Origin: Zygnema circumcarinatum SAG 698-1b
Taxonomy: Eukaryota; Plantae; Zygnematophyceae
Length of the DNA: 64,000 bases
Direction of reading: 5' to 3'
Assembly (NCBI GenBank): GCA_037447605.1
Contig: CM074807.1
Location: 372,001 to 436,000 of the forward strand
The notes below the pieces were generated by a model. It searched no databases, was not told the DNA's origin, and saw nothing but the letters and a program-made list of their open reading frames with translations. The position numbers and the translations under genes were made by a program. Shown here one piece after another: positions 1 through 11,112 of this stretch; position 1 is the stretch's first letter; each line of letters opens with the position of its first letter.

Positions 1-2302
1 TCGAGCCTTAGCAGGTGCAGACTATGCGAAGGCTTTAGGGTTAGATGTAGGAGTGAAGAATGATAGTAAGGGAAAGTCAGGGGTGTTCCAATATATTGGA
101 GGGGTTGGGGAGTTATCCAAGGAAGATAAACCGATCAACGATGAGGACAAAGCAGCAAGTATTGCCACCTGGAATGCTCAGAGAGCATTGTATTCTATGG
201 AGTATGAAAAGCCTGCGTATTCGAATGCAACATTAGGGACGGCGGGAGTGCCTGTGTTAGGAGTAGGAGTGGTGGGAGGGAGTGGTAGTGGTAGTGGGAA
301 TGGAAGCAGGAGCGGGAGTGGTGGGATAAAGAGTAATGGTAACGGGAAGGTTGATGGAGGTGGGGGTAAGGAGGGAGAGAAGAGAGGGGAGGAGGGAGGA
401 GGCTTTGCCATTGGGGGAGAAGAGAGATTGAGTCGGACATATGGATATCTGTCGGAGCTAACGGCAGCAGTGTTTGCTTGCAGGGTGAGTAGAATGGAAA
501 AAAGAAATACCTTTTCGATGATTACTGTTTGCTTTAATGGGTGCACTTTCAAGTTGTATTTTCCACTATTGTTTAATATTAAGTTTCGGCTATGAATAAT
601 GGAGGTTTTTTATGCAGGCGGGCGTCCGTCGAGTGCATCTCCTTGATAGCACTTTGGAGGGTTCTATGCTGTTGGAACTCTATACACGCGACGGAATCGG
701 AACTATGATCTCAAGGTGAGCATGGAAAGCAGTTAGCTGGATGCCTTCCGACAAAGGAATTTCGAGTACTCAGCTCGACATAGAAATGTTTAGAAGGTAC
801 AAAATGTTGTCAATGACTCTAACCTTTCTGTCAGAGCCCTAACTGTAATTTAAGGGGGTATCACAACTTTTTGGTATAAAACCACTTCAATGTCAGACTT
901 GTCGTTTTTTTGAAGTAAAAGCTATTTATCAAAACAAATATGTTGAACCTAAGTACTGGGATTATCGCAGTGACCTTTACGAGGGCACTCGGGCAGCTCA
1001 AGTAACGGATATCTCAGGAATTAGCAAGTTATTGGCTCCATTGGAGGAGGCAGGCATTCTCATTCACAGAACTTATGAGCAGGTGTGAAGCCCCATGCTC
1101 TTTCGTCCCGTTCACTCCTCTCCCTCACTGACCTTCACTCCCTCATCTCCGCCTATCTCTCTCCTTCCCACCCTCCCTTGCTTTGTGTCCCCCTCTTCCT
1201 CTGCGCCTCCCTTCCTAGCCCCTCCCCTTCTCCCCTTCCCTCCCCCCGCCTTTCCCTTCTCTTAAGTCGCCCATCATTAGACCTCGTCCTACTGCTTCCT
1301 CCTCCTCGCTTTCCCTCCTTCCCTCCTTCCGCTGCTTATCCCTCCTCCCCCCCTCCTCTCTCCCTCCCTCCTCTTGAGGGATTGATTCCAAGTGGGTCCT
1401 TTCTTTCTTCAAATACTTCGTTCACTTATTGGCTGTTTGGGGCCTCCAGCTGTTGAAGGAGCTCCCTTTCTTCACAGTGGTAGAGCGAGACGCACACATC
1501 ATTGCCTGCGCTGCTCTCTTCCCCTTCCCCCTTGAAGCGATGGCGGAAGTTGCTGCCTTTGCAGTCTCTCCGGAAGCCCGAGGGCACGGCCGAGGAGACA
1601 GTCTTCTTGGTAAGAGGTAGAAATGAGCGAAGGATGTGGGAGAGGCAAGAGGTGGAGGAGAGAGAGAGAGGGCGAGGGGCGAGGGGATGAGAGACAAGAG
1701 GTGAGAGAAGAAAGGAGAGAAAGTGAGAGATAGGAGGGGGGGGGACAGAAGAGATAGACGAAAAGACAAGAGGAGAGAGAGAGGAGAGGGAGAGGGGCAG
1801 GTAACGGATGTGAGGGAGAGGTCATTTGCTATTTGAGCGGAAATCTGTACCCTGACATGATGATTTGTGGTGATTGCAGATTACTTGGAAAAGCGAGCCT
1901 TGGAAATGGACATTCAGAAACTCTTTCTGTTGACCACGAGAACGGCGGACTGGTGGGTCTTTCTGGTGGCACTTTCTTTCATTTGTCCACCTTCAACGCT
2001 CGCAATCGCCCCTACATACGATTTCTAAAATCTTTGATCCTCAATGTAAAACTTTTGCTTTTTTTGTCTGGTAACCAGTTTCCGGTTTCTGGTTTTCTGT
2101 GCACAGGTTTGTACAGCGCGGGTTTAGTCCCTGCGAGATTGAGGAGCTCCCTCCGCAACGCGTTGCGCGAATTAATCGGAGCCGAAATTCAAAGGCGTTT
2201 ATGAAAGACATTAGGGACTTGGCGAGGTCGGGAGAGGAGCTGGAGGAAGAGAAAGGGCTGCCCACCGACCTGCCTAAATATGGGCCGCCGGTGGCCCTGT
2301 GA
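1..2302 (+). CDS. NAGS: N-acetylglutamate synthase (amino-acid acetyltransferase, plant ArgA type), 5'-truncated, multi-exon
   Basis: GT-AG exons splice to GFAIGGEERLSRTYGYLSELTAAVFACR | AGVRRVHLLDSTLEGSMLLELYTRDGIGTMIS | DLYEGTRAAQVTDISGI...RTYEQ | LLKELPFFTVVERD...EVAAFAVSPEARGHGRGDSLL | DYLEKRA...FLLTTRTADW | FVQRGFSPCEIEELPPQRVARINRSRNSKAFMK. This matches the AAK plus GNAT architecture of plant NAGS. The frame is open back to base 2. Confidence 0.93.
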
Positions 2303-3187
2303 CCCCCCCTGTGACCCCTCTGTCTGAACTCTGAAACAATCAGCAGCTGAGATTTGGGGAGGGTAGGAAAGGAAACCACGAAGAAAAATTCAGAATACTT
2401 CTGCCGTTTGCGATAAAAAGAGCATACGGCGAGGACGTTGGGTATGAACGTTGAAATGTTCCGCGAGGTGGAAGGAGGACCGAGAGAGGAAGTGGATGGT
2501 TCTGTTGATATTTGTAAAGAACGGTAGGAAGGAAAAAAAGCTGAGCCGTTTGTATGTACAGGCGTTTGGAACGAGCTTTCACTTTTTGGTGCAATGAAGA
2601 ACAAAAACCAAACTAGTGTGTGGAATTAGTTTTACTTAGTCTGCATTGCTCGCCACAAAGCCCACGAAGCACCCGATGACTGATTTGGCCAGAATTCTCA
2701 TTAAAAGGAAAGAGAAGTACAGGGACTAGTGTCACCGCAAATTGCAAGACTCTCCCCCCTTTAGCCACTTTCTCCATTCCGCGCTCAGCCATGACTTCCT
2801 GGCTAAAGCCGACCTCTCGGGAGAGATCTGCAATGCTATGTCAACTCACACCTTCTGGAAACGTGTTCTCGTGACAGCGGATACAATGGCCGACCGACCG
2901 ATTCAAGGGCGACTAGGAATTTGTTCTGAAAGTAAAGACTTTTTCCATGTTTTTGTGGCAAGAAGCGGCCTTGTATATTGGAGAAACTGCAACAATGTGC
3001 AGGGAACAAAGCCTCCGTGGAATCACCCTCTCCCTCGACCTGCATCAAAGAAGAAGTCCATTTCCAGCTTGTCTTAAGTGATGTTCCCAGCAATGTCGGA
3101 TGTTCCTCTTTCATACACATGAAAGGGAAAATTAGAAAAATGGGAATCTTTGGAAAAGCATATTGATGAAGTGAACAAGGCCTGAAT

Positions 3188-5008
3188 TCACTCTAAAGTC
3201 AGTTGATGAAAAGGACACTGAAGCATGAAGAACATGTCCATGATAGCAACTGTTATCGTTGAGAGTTGAAGGCTCATGAGCAGAGGCATACCTCGTCCCC
3301 CCTCTCCCCTCCCTCTTCCTCCACCTCGTCCTCCCCGACGGCCTCCCATATCTTCTCCATAGCCTCCTCTGCCCGGCTTCCCGCCATCCTCCATACCTCC
3401 TCGACCTCTCCCTCCCCGCCCTCTACCTCCATCTCCTCTGCCTTCGGGCCCCCTGCCACGACCGATACCACCACCACCACCACGTGGCTGCGCTTGCCGC
3501 CGATCTGTGCCCTCATCACTCTCAATGTGAGTGGTTGTCAACAGAACGGCAGGTAGCAGAGACAAGGAGACCCCCACCAGATGGGTGGAAGAGAAAGGAT
3601 CAAACGAGCAAAGCTAGTGAAAGAGTTTGAGGAAAGAAGAAAAAGGAACATGTGACTGTGCTTGTTGGTTGGACAGTCAACGAGTGGTCGTTGCAAATCA
3701 CTTATTTAGCCATATGATAGCATTCAAAAGAAGGAATATGCACAAGAGGGGAGAAAGGAGAAACGCGCTGAGTGCAGAAGAAAGTTGAAAGCGTACCTGC
3801 CCTCCTCAAAGTTTCTTCTTGCACTGTTTCAATAACCTGCCCCCCATAGCTCCGCCACCCATGACAAACCAATGAATAAAGTTCTCCAAACCCTAATATT
3901 CGTCAATTCTCTATACATCTTCGCTCAGAAGGATATCCTAACCTCAGAGTCCAACATCATCACCCATTCAAATGTGAAATAGAAACCCCCTTCTGCGGCC
4001 GATTCTCCACAGAAACCCTGCAACTTACAAACAGTCCATCATACTATCACCTAAATAAGTAAACCTTATATTGACCGTTTATTGACCGCTTGCGGCTGAC
4101 TAGTCCCTCACCTCATCTGGCACCCGCAAATATTTGATCGTGTTCCCCCGAATGAAACATTCAGGCATTCGCCAAAAACGATCTCCATCTTTAGATGTGC
4201 AGATCACTTCCCTCAGGTGAATATTCATCCATGTGTCGCAGCTTACTAAATGCCCATTATAAGTCTCCCCATTCTTGAGCTCTACCAGCTGCAATTACAA
4301 GCGACCCAACCCTCCAAAACTCAACCGACAAAATGCAAAGTCATAATAAAATGTGGTGCTACCACGATTGCGTGGATTCTGCCTTGACCATACCGTGCTA
4401 TATACTGCATTGGACCATCGTGGCTATATAGATGAGCTCTGGCGTCACAACAAGTCTCGTTTCGAACACAGAGAACACAGAAGGACTAAGTCCAGGGTCC
4501 AGGTTGCTAGTTGTTTTCTCTAGACAATCCACGGATTAAGCCCAATAATACAACTTCACTATGGTTTTTTGGTCCTGCCATCACTATAAAAATAAACTTT
4601 TTTAGAACCTGGGATTCCCGTAAGACTATTTTTGTTCGGAAAATTCCATACGTTTATGACAGAGAGACAGGGTACGAGTTACTGAGCATACCATAGGATG
4701 GCCCTGAGCGGACTTCAGTAAAGATAAGGGCAGCTGTAATGAACCATCCCTCCCCCTCCGTTCCCATTAGCAGCGAACCTGCATAGAAACATATGCATCG
4801 CCTAGCCTTGCCTTTCTAGACATCCCTGACAGCTGGTTTTTTTTTCCTCTTGGCAACTCAAATAGATGAGTGACAAAGCTTTCCAGAGAGGGTGGAAGCG
4901 AGGGAAGGAGTAAGCACTGAGGTCGGAGACAGAAAGGGACAATGGCGAGAGGGAGCAAAAGAGAGGGAGGGAGTGAGGGAGTGGGAGGGGAGACTAAAGG
5001 CGTACCAT
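3188..5008 (-). CDS. LSM4: U6 snRNA-associated Sm-like protein LSm4
   Basis: ATG-only exon 5006-5008, then 4692-4733 ([14 protein letters not shown]), 4112-4288 ([59 protein letters not shown]), 3797-3836, and an RGG-rich tail from 3504 down. The 3' end is uncertain: stop at 3188, or a further intron at about 3291. Confidence 0.92.
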
Positions 5009-5310
5009 GGCTGCTCCTGCACAGAAACTGAATTCTCGTTCCTTCAATTTTTCGGAGCAGATACTCGGTCAAGACTGAAACTTGAAGGGAGAAATTTTGA
5101 ATCCAAAAATCTCTCACAAACGAACGAATATGAAGAAAAAAAGAGCCAGTTGCAAATCCGTAGCGGCTCAACAGAAAGGGCTAATTGCACAGCCGAAGCC
5201 TTTGCCAAAGAACAATTGGAAGTACTCGGAAGTCTGCACTCAAAGGAGAGCAAGGAAATAGCGCGTTCAGCAAGGCCAATGAGACTGCTCATCTGAAGTA
5301 AGCAGGCATT

Positions 5311-5922
5311 GCAGGAATATGCAGATCGTTCAACAGCATCGAGAATCAGAAAAAACGCGCAAAGAGAACTGCTTCTAAACTTTTCAAACCCTAAGCATCT
5401 GCATGAACCTAAAGGAACTAAACTGAATTGCTTCGACCTACTTCAGGAGAGCCCATGCCCAATCCTCATCCTGCGCAAGGACGAACTGTAGAAGAGGAAG
5501 CCTTAATTTATAGCCCAACCACAAAGCATATATTATGCTCCAGCTAGCATTCCCGTGCTAAGAAAAGTAATGATTTTTCTTAGCAAGGCCAAGCTTGCAC
5601 CTGCAGAGCTTTCCAGCAAACCCTAAAAATGGAACACACTGTTGTCTGCAAACCCTAACTGCATGGAACGCGAGACGAGGCCGATCCGTGTGCGAGTGCT
5701 TATAATTCGCAGTCCGCAGTTCCGTCCCGTTGAACCGAACGGCCATCGCCACACGCGCACAAATAGCCAACCATTTCCAATGACTGCAACCATTGGAGCC
5801 AGCGGTTGGTTGGATCGAGAAATAACGGTTTGCAAACTAAAACCATTGGATCCAATGGTTGATCCAGCCCATGGCCAGTCCAGCGGATGGCCCAAAATAT
5901 TTTCAGCTGCCGTGTCCGTCCG
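5311..5922 (+). promoter_or_regulatory. P module copy 1 (upstream of gene A1; also LSM4 upstream region)
   Basis: Clearly homologous to 9238-9819 and 18281-18863. Contains three AAACCCTA telo-boxes and the palindrome at 5841-5860, and ends at GCCGTGTCCGTCCG. Confidence 0.75.
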
Positions 5923-6375
5923 CGATTGAGCGAGGGTCAGCCGGGCAGCTGAAATTCTTTCCGGTCCTCCCTCGCCGCGAGTACGACAAGCTGCAGCCCC
6001 CCTTCGACGCCTCACGTCACGTCACGCGTACCGTACGCGACCATTCCCCCCACGGCGATGGCGCCACCTGTCCGTCCGTACAGTCCTATCCAAGATTTGA
6101 GATGAGGTAGACGCGCGGCCCACCATTTGGGCCACACCTTTCCCCTCCGGGCACCTCGTGGCCAACCTTGTGCTGCCCGGATGGCGCTAGCCCAATCGCG
6201 GACGCTTACGTCGCACACACGGCAGCCAAACCTATTTCAGGGCTGCCCGAAGCCCACCCCAAGGCCAGGCCCCCCCGCCCGGGCCATCATTTTTCCCTCA
6301 CCTTCTCTCTTCCTCTCTCTCGCTCTCTCTCTCTCTCCCTCTCTCTCTCTCTCTCTCCTGCATCGAGCCACGGCC

Positions 6376-8039
6376 ATGGCTGCCGCGCCCTCGCCCTCCC
6401 TCCGTGAACGCGTGCGCGTGCTGGCGCTGAACCAGCTGCAGGCGCTGCTCTCGTACTGGCGGCTCTACACCGCCGCGCCGGGCGCCGACCGCGACGCCTT
6501 CGCGCAGACGGCCCTCGACTACAGCAAGGCGTACGGCGTGCTCGACCTCCCTCCCCTGCCGCCGNNNNNNNNNNGAGGCGAAAAGAGGCAGCGTCAAGCG
6601 CCTCCGCATGGCGTCGCCTGCTGCGCCCGTCCCCTTCTCTCCCGCTCCCTTCTTCCGCCCGAGGAGGAGAGCCTCCACCTCCACCTCGCCCTCTCTCGCG
6701 GCTCCATCGCTCAAACGGCCCGCGGAGGCGGAGGCGCCTCAGAGACCTTATTTGCTCCCTGTGTTCCAACCCCCCATGGAGCGTTCAGAGAGGGCGGCGA
6801 ATGGTTTTTATCGGCACGAGCGCGTTGAAGCTGGTGAGTATGCATTTAATATGTCGCTTTGCTTGCAAAGGGACGAGTGGGGAATCATTTGATTTCATTT
6901 TCTTATTTTTTTTTTTGAGTTTACATGTTATTTTCACACTCTTTGTTTCTTACACGTTTGTTTTCTGTCAACTTCTGCCAGGTCTGTCGCATGGCATGAG
7001 GATGTTCCTCGGCATTGAAAGTTTCAAGCCAACGCCAAAGGTACTTTTATTCTGCTATTCACTAGGCTAGCTTTGTATGCTTACAGCTTGAAGCAGCTCA
7101 AGGAGCCTTACCCGCTTTGTTTGTCNNNNNNNNNNAAGAGGCCTTACCCGCTTTGTTTGTCTGCTGCAGGAGTCGGCTCTGAAGCATGACAAGTGGATCA
7201 GAAAATCGATCGAGAGTCAAAAACAAGCCGAGGTGAGAATCATCTTTCTCTCTCTCCCTATGTCTCAGTCACTCTCTTTCACTGTCCCTCCCACGCTCTC
7301 CTCTCTTCCTCTTTCTTTCTTGCTTGGAATGTTTATCTGAATGAACCAAAATCAGGCAGAAAGGTAGCGATGGTGCATAATGAAGGGAGATAGTTTGAAA
7401 ACACAATATTCCTTTTGCTGATTTCATTTTCCGAATGTTTTTGTGGCGAATGCGCAGGAAAGAGCCGAGGCAGCTCGGAAGGCCGCCCGCGAGCAAAGGG
7501 TGGCGGAGGAAGGTGCCGAGGAGGAGCAGAAGAACAGGTCCGGAAGGCGCAATGGAAGAAGCCGGCGCTTGTGAAGCTGAGGGTGCGGAGGGCTCGGGGG
7601 CGACTGCTTGGAGGCGTACAAGGAAGTGGCGAGCAAACGGATGAGTTTCCGGAAGCTCAAGCCCAGGTGGGACGACTCGCGGCGGCTGGATGAGCTGTGG
7701 AACGAGAAGGAGACGCGCCGCCAGCTGAGGGATGAATACCGAGAAATCGGCCATCAGCTCCTCTTAATATACGTGAGTCAACGGACCCCGCTCGACCTCT
7801 CCTTGCGTTGTTATCCCCCCTTCGTTTCGCTCTCTCACTCTCTTTGTTTCTATCCTGCTCCCTTCCTCCGTAGCTGAAGCTGCCTCTGTCTGCTTGTCTG
7901 CCTGCTTGCTTGCTTGCAGACGCGCAAAGTCCACGAGTTTGTGAAGGTGGAGGCGGTGAGCGTGGCGGATCGAGTGCTGGAGGAGGCCTGTGCCGTCGCA
8001 GCCATTCGCGGTTGGCCGGAGGCGGCCACAGCGGCGTAG
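6376..8039 (+). CDS. Array gene A, copy 1 (unrecognised protein; gapped and noisy assembly)
   Basis: Same exons as copy 2 (MAAAPSPSLRERVR... to ...GWPEAATAA*), but N-gaps at 6565-6574 and 7126-7135 and an indel-rich patch at about 7540-7670. Confidence 0.65.
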
Positions 8040-8527
8040 AGACACACCACACAGAGGATAGGGCCACTTGCTGCAGGCACACGTTGGATTTTTGCATTCC
8101 TTTTTGATTCGGTGTCCATGCCGGTTGCAGTTCAGTTCGGCCACAGCGGCGTAGAGACACACCACACAGAGGATAGGACCACTTGCTGCAGGCACTTGCT
8201 GGAGTTTTGCATTCTTTTTTTTATTCGGTGTCCATGTCGGTTGCGGTTGAAGTTGCAGTTGCAATTGCAGTTGCAGTTCGGCCACAGCAGCGTAGAGATA
8301 GGCAGAGGATGAGGATGGGGGTGTCGCATTTTTTGAGTCTTGCATTAGTCGGTGTCTATGGCAGTTCCAGTTGCAGTTGCAGTATCAGTTTCACTTTCAG
8401 TTTTAGTGCAGTTTGGTCAACTGGGATAGCGATTTTTTTGCTGCAGCATTTATTATGTTTGCAGTTTCCATCGCTACTCAGTTTTCAAAGTGCAAGTCAA
8501 GAGAGTTGTAACTGAACATGGAACTGG
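8024..8527 (+). repeat. T module (short form) after gene A1; also at about 17067-17570
   Basis: Three reiterated units of about 120 bp starting CGGCCACAGC(G/A)GCGTAGAGA, then a core (GGTGTCGCATTTT...GTAACTGAACATGGA) also found at about 13615-13815, 22690-22890 and 25780-26075. Confidence 0.85.
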
Positions 8528-8793
8528 ACGACCACGAGTGCAGTGAGATGATAGTTTAGCAGCGTCATCCTCAATGAGGACAAGTTTGTTCGTTTTTTCT
8601 TTTTCTCATAAGTTCGGAATTGTTTGTAAACTCAAAACGTGTTGTTGTGCAAACAAAATAAGTCTGTGTGCAAACCATTTGTAAAGCAACAATTTCCATG
8701 ATTTGATGAGCACTATTTTGGCTGATATTTTACATTTACAAGTTCTTTCCTGTAAATGAAATTGGCGGTGGGGTCGACCTTACATCATCAATA

Positions 8794-8897
8794 GGGGGTG
8801 TCAGACTTAAAAAATTTCAGTACGCGTGTGCGGAGTACTTTCGTAACCTTTTTTTTCGTAACGCTTGTCGTAAGATTTTGTTAAGTCTGACACCCCC
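8794..8897. mobile_element. MITE-like 104-bp element with 17-bp TIRs and TA flanks (copy at 17837-17940)
   Basis: TA|GGGGGTGTCAGACTTAA ... TTAAGTCTGACACCCCC|TA: perfect terminal inverted repeats with no coding capacity. Confidence 0.7.
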
Positions 8898-9167
8898 TAA
8901 TATCTAAAATCTTATCGCTGCAAGCTTTGCGGAGAGAAAGCATACGACAGTTGATAGCTCATGTGAGCCATCATATGGACATGGGGCGCTGTTCCCATTC
9001 CATGTTCCACATGAGAGCCATCGATCATATCATGATCGTCATAGCCATTTCGAGACCGCCGTATTGTAGCCCAAGGGACAGTCGCAGATCCATGTGACGC
9101 TGTTCCATGACCTTCACGTGCTACTCCCAATACGGTCACTTGGCGGGCGGTCATGCGCTCCCAGTTC

Positions 9168-9215
9168 TCAGAAACAGTTCAACTTCATTCTTGAATGAAG
9201 TTGAACTGTTTCTGA
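9168..9215. other. Perfect 23-bp-stem hairpin with 2-nt loop (copy at 18211-18258)
   Basis: TCAGAAACAGTTCAACTTCATTC-TT-GAATGAAGTTGAACTGTTTCTGA. Confidence 0.95.
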
Positions 9216-9237
9216 ATGTCTAACATCCGGCAAAAAT

Positions 9238-9819
9238 GCAGCGATATGCAGGTCGTTCAAGAGCATCGAGAATAAGAAAAAACACACAAAGGGGACTGCT
9301 TCTCAACTTTTCAAACCCTAAGCATCTGCATGAACCTTAAAAGGAACTAAACTGTAAATTGAAGTGCAAGGACAAACTGTCGAAGGGGAAGCCTTCAACT
9401 TATAAGCCAAAAACAGAAACAGGCGAAGCATCTATTATGCTCCTCCCAGCATTCCCGTGCTAAGAAAAGTAATGTTTTTACTTAGGCCCTGCTTGCACCT
9501 GCTGAGATTTCCTGCAAACCCTAGAACTGAACACACTGTTGTCTGCAAACCCTAACCGCATGGAACGCGGGACGAGGCCGATCCGTGTGCTAGCGCGTAC
9601 GTGCTGTAGTCCGTAGTTCCGTCCCGTTGAACCGAACGGCCATCGCCTCACGCGCACAGATAGCCAACCATTGCCAATGACTGTAGCCATTTGATCCAAC
9701 GGTTGGTTAGATCGGGAATGAACGGTTTGCAAATCGCAACCATTGGATCCAATGGTTGATCCAACCCATGGCCCGTCCATCGCATGGCCTGACATGTTTT
9801 CGGCTGCCGTGTCCGTCCG
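9238..9819 (+). promoter_or_regulatory. P module copy 2, upstream of gene B1 (copy at 18281-18863)
   Basis: Homologous to 5311-5922, including telo-boxes and the palindrome at 9737-9758. It diverges from P1 immediately after GCCGTGTCCGTCCG. Confidence 0.75.
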
Positions 9820-9976
9820 TGGCAGTCCACAGTCAGTCCTTGCGTGCACGTAGCGGAAGCGCTGTGCAAGTTGCCAACTATAGTTTTGTAGACTCAAACG
9901 CTGTCCTTTTTAGCCAAAAAGTATTTTTGTTGTTGCATTGATGTTTGTCACATGGCGGTAAATTTGTTGCTGCTGC

Positions 9977-10011
<35 letters not shown>

Positions 10012-10147
10012 GTCAAAGGTGTTATGGTCAGACAGTTTTAAGCCAATGGTTGGCTGTTCACAATGATCCGACCATTGCAATGGATGCGAGCCATCCAACC
10101 ATTGCCAGTGGTTCGCAACCATTGCGGTCCGCCATGTGCCCACCCCC

Positions 10148-10178
<31 letters not shown>

Positions 10179-10604
10179 GCGCGGACCGCGTCCGACCGCC
10201 CCAACGACCGCGGACCGCCCTCAGGCCCTCCCTCGCGCCCTTTTGAAGGGGCGGGTCCGCCCGTGCGATCGCGCGCCGCACCACTCCGCCCCTGCGCGCC
10301 GACATGGCCGCTGGGTGGTCGGTGGCACGTGCAGAGAGGCTGCCACGCGGCAGCTGCATGCAATCTCGTTCTATGGCGCTCGCTTCCGTTCTCGTGCAAG
10401 GCCGCGCCGCGTGGCGCCGCTCGACCAGTTTGTGCGTACGGCCGGCCTGCATGCCCGCCGCGTGGCCTGATCCGGACAAGTTCATGTCGGTGACCTTGGC
10501 CACGTCCGCTCGCGATTGGCGGCGAGTCGGTGGCGCGCGGCCAAATTTTCAGGTACGAAGAAACACGTGTCGCGTTCTCCGTAGTCGTGTCAGACCGCAC
10601 TACA

Positions 10605-10860
10605 GCGGCGGCGAATCGGTCGCCGTCACGTGGCATATAAGGGGTTAAGTGGGTCGGCGCTTCACGACGCGCAGTACGGCGGCGAATCAGTCGCCGCCAC
10701 GTGGCAAATAGGGGGTTAGTCGGACGGCGCGTGACGACGCGTGGCAGCGAACCGGTCGCCAGCACGTGGCATATATGGGCTAGGGGGGTGGCGCATCGCG
10801 ACGCGCAGTTTGGCAGCGGCGAGTTGGTGGGCGCCACGTGAGGTTTAGGGTTAGGGGGGC
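10605..10860 (+). promoter_or_regulatory. Four degenerate repeats of about 70 bp, each carrying a G-box/ABRE (copy at about 19651-19915)
   Basis: CACGTGGC at 10627, 10698 and 10763 and CACGTG at 10835. TATAAAA at about 10976 lies upstream of the gene B ATG at 11113. Confidence 0.7.
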
Positions 10861-11112
10861 GTCTCGGCGCACCTGCGGGGGGCGGCGCCCTCTTGGACGC
10901 GCGCGCCGGCCCCTTCGCGGGGCGGGCCCTGGTCTCGAGCGTTCGCAGTTTGGCGCCTTGCGCGGGGCCCTTCCCTATAAAAGGGGAGGCGGGGGAGCCC
11001 TCCGTCATTCAGCTCTGTGCTTCTGCCCTGCGCTTCTGCCCTGCGCTTCTGCCTTGCGCTTCTGCCCTGAGCTCCTACTTTCTTTTACTTTTTTTTTTCA
11101 GTTGCCTTCAAA

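Noticed and set aside
2041-2604. 187-aa antisense ORF overlapping the NAGS 3' end
   Set aside because: No recognisable motifs; it overlaps a well-supported coding exon and intron on the other strand.
9168-9223. Helitron 3' end (hairpin followed by CTAA)
   Set aside because: The hairpin is AT-rich and longer than typical, CTAA is followed by C rather than T, and no Rep/helicase or matching 5' TC end was identified.
9910-11008. Long overlapping ORFs (182-316 aa) in the GC-rich region upstream of gene B, and antisense ORFs over gene A
   Set aside because: They result from high GC and trinucleotide repeats, frames differ between the two copies, and no domain signal is present.
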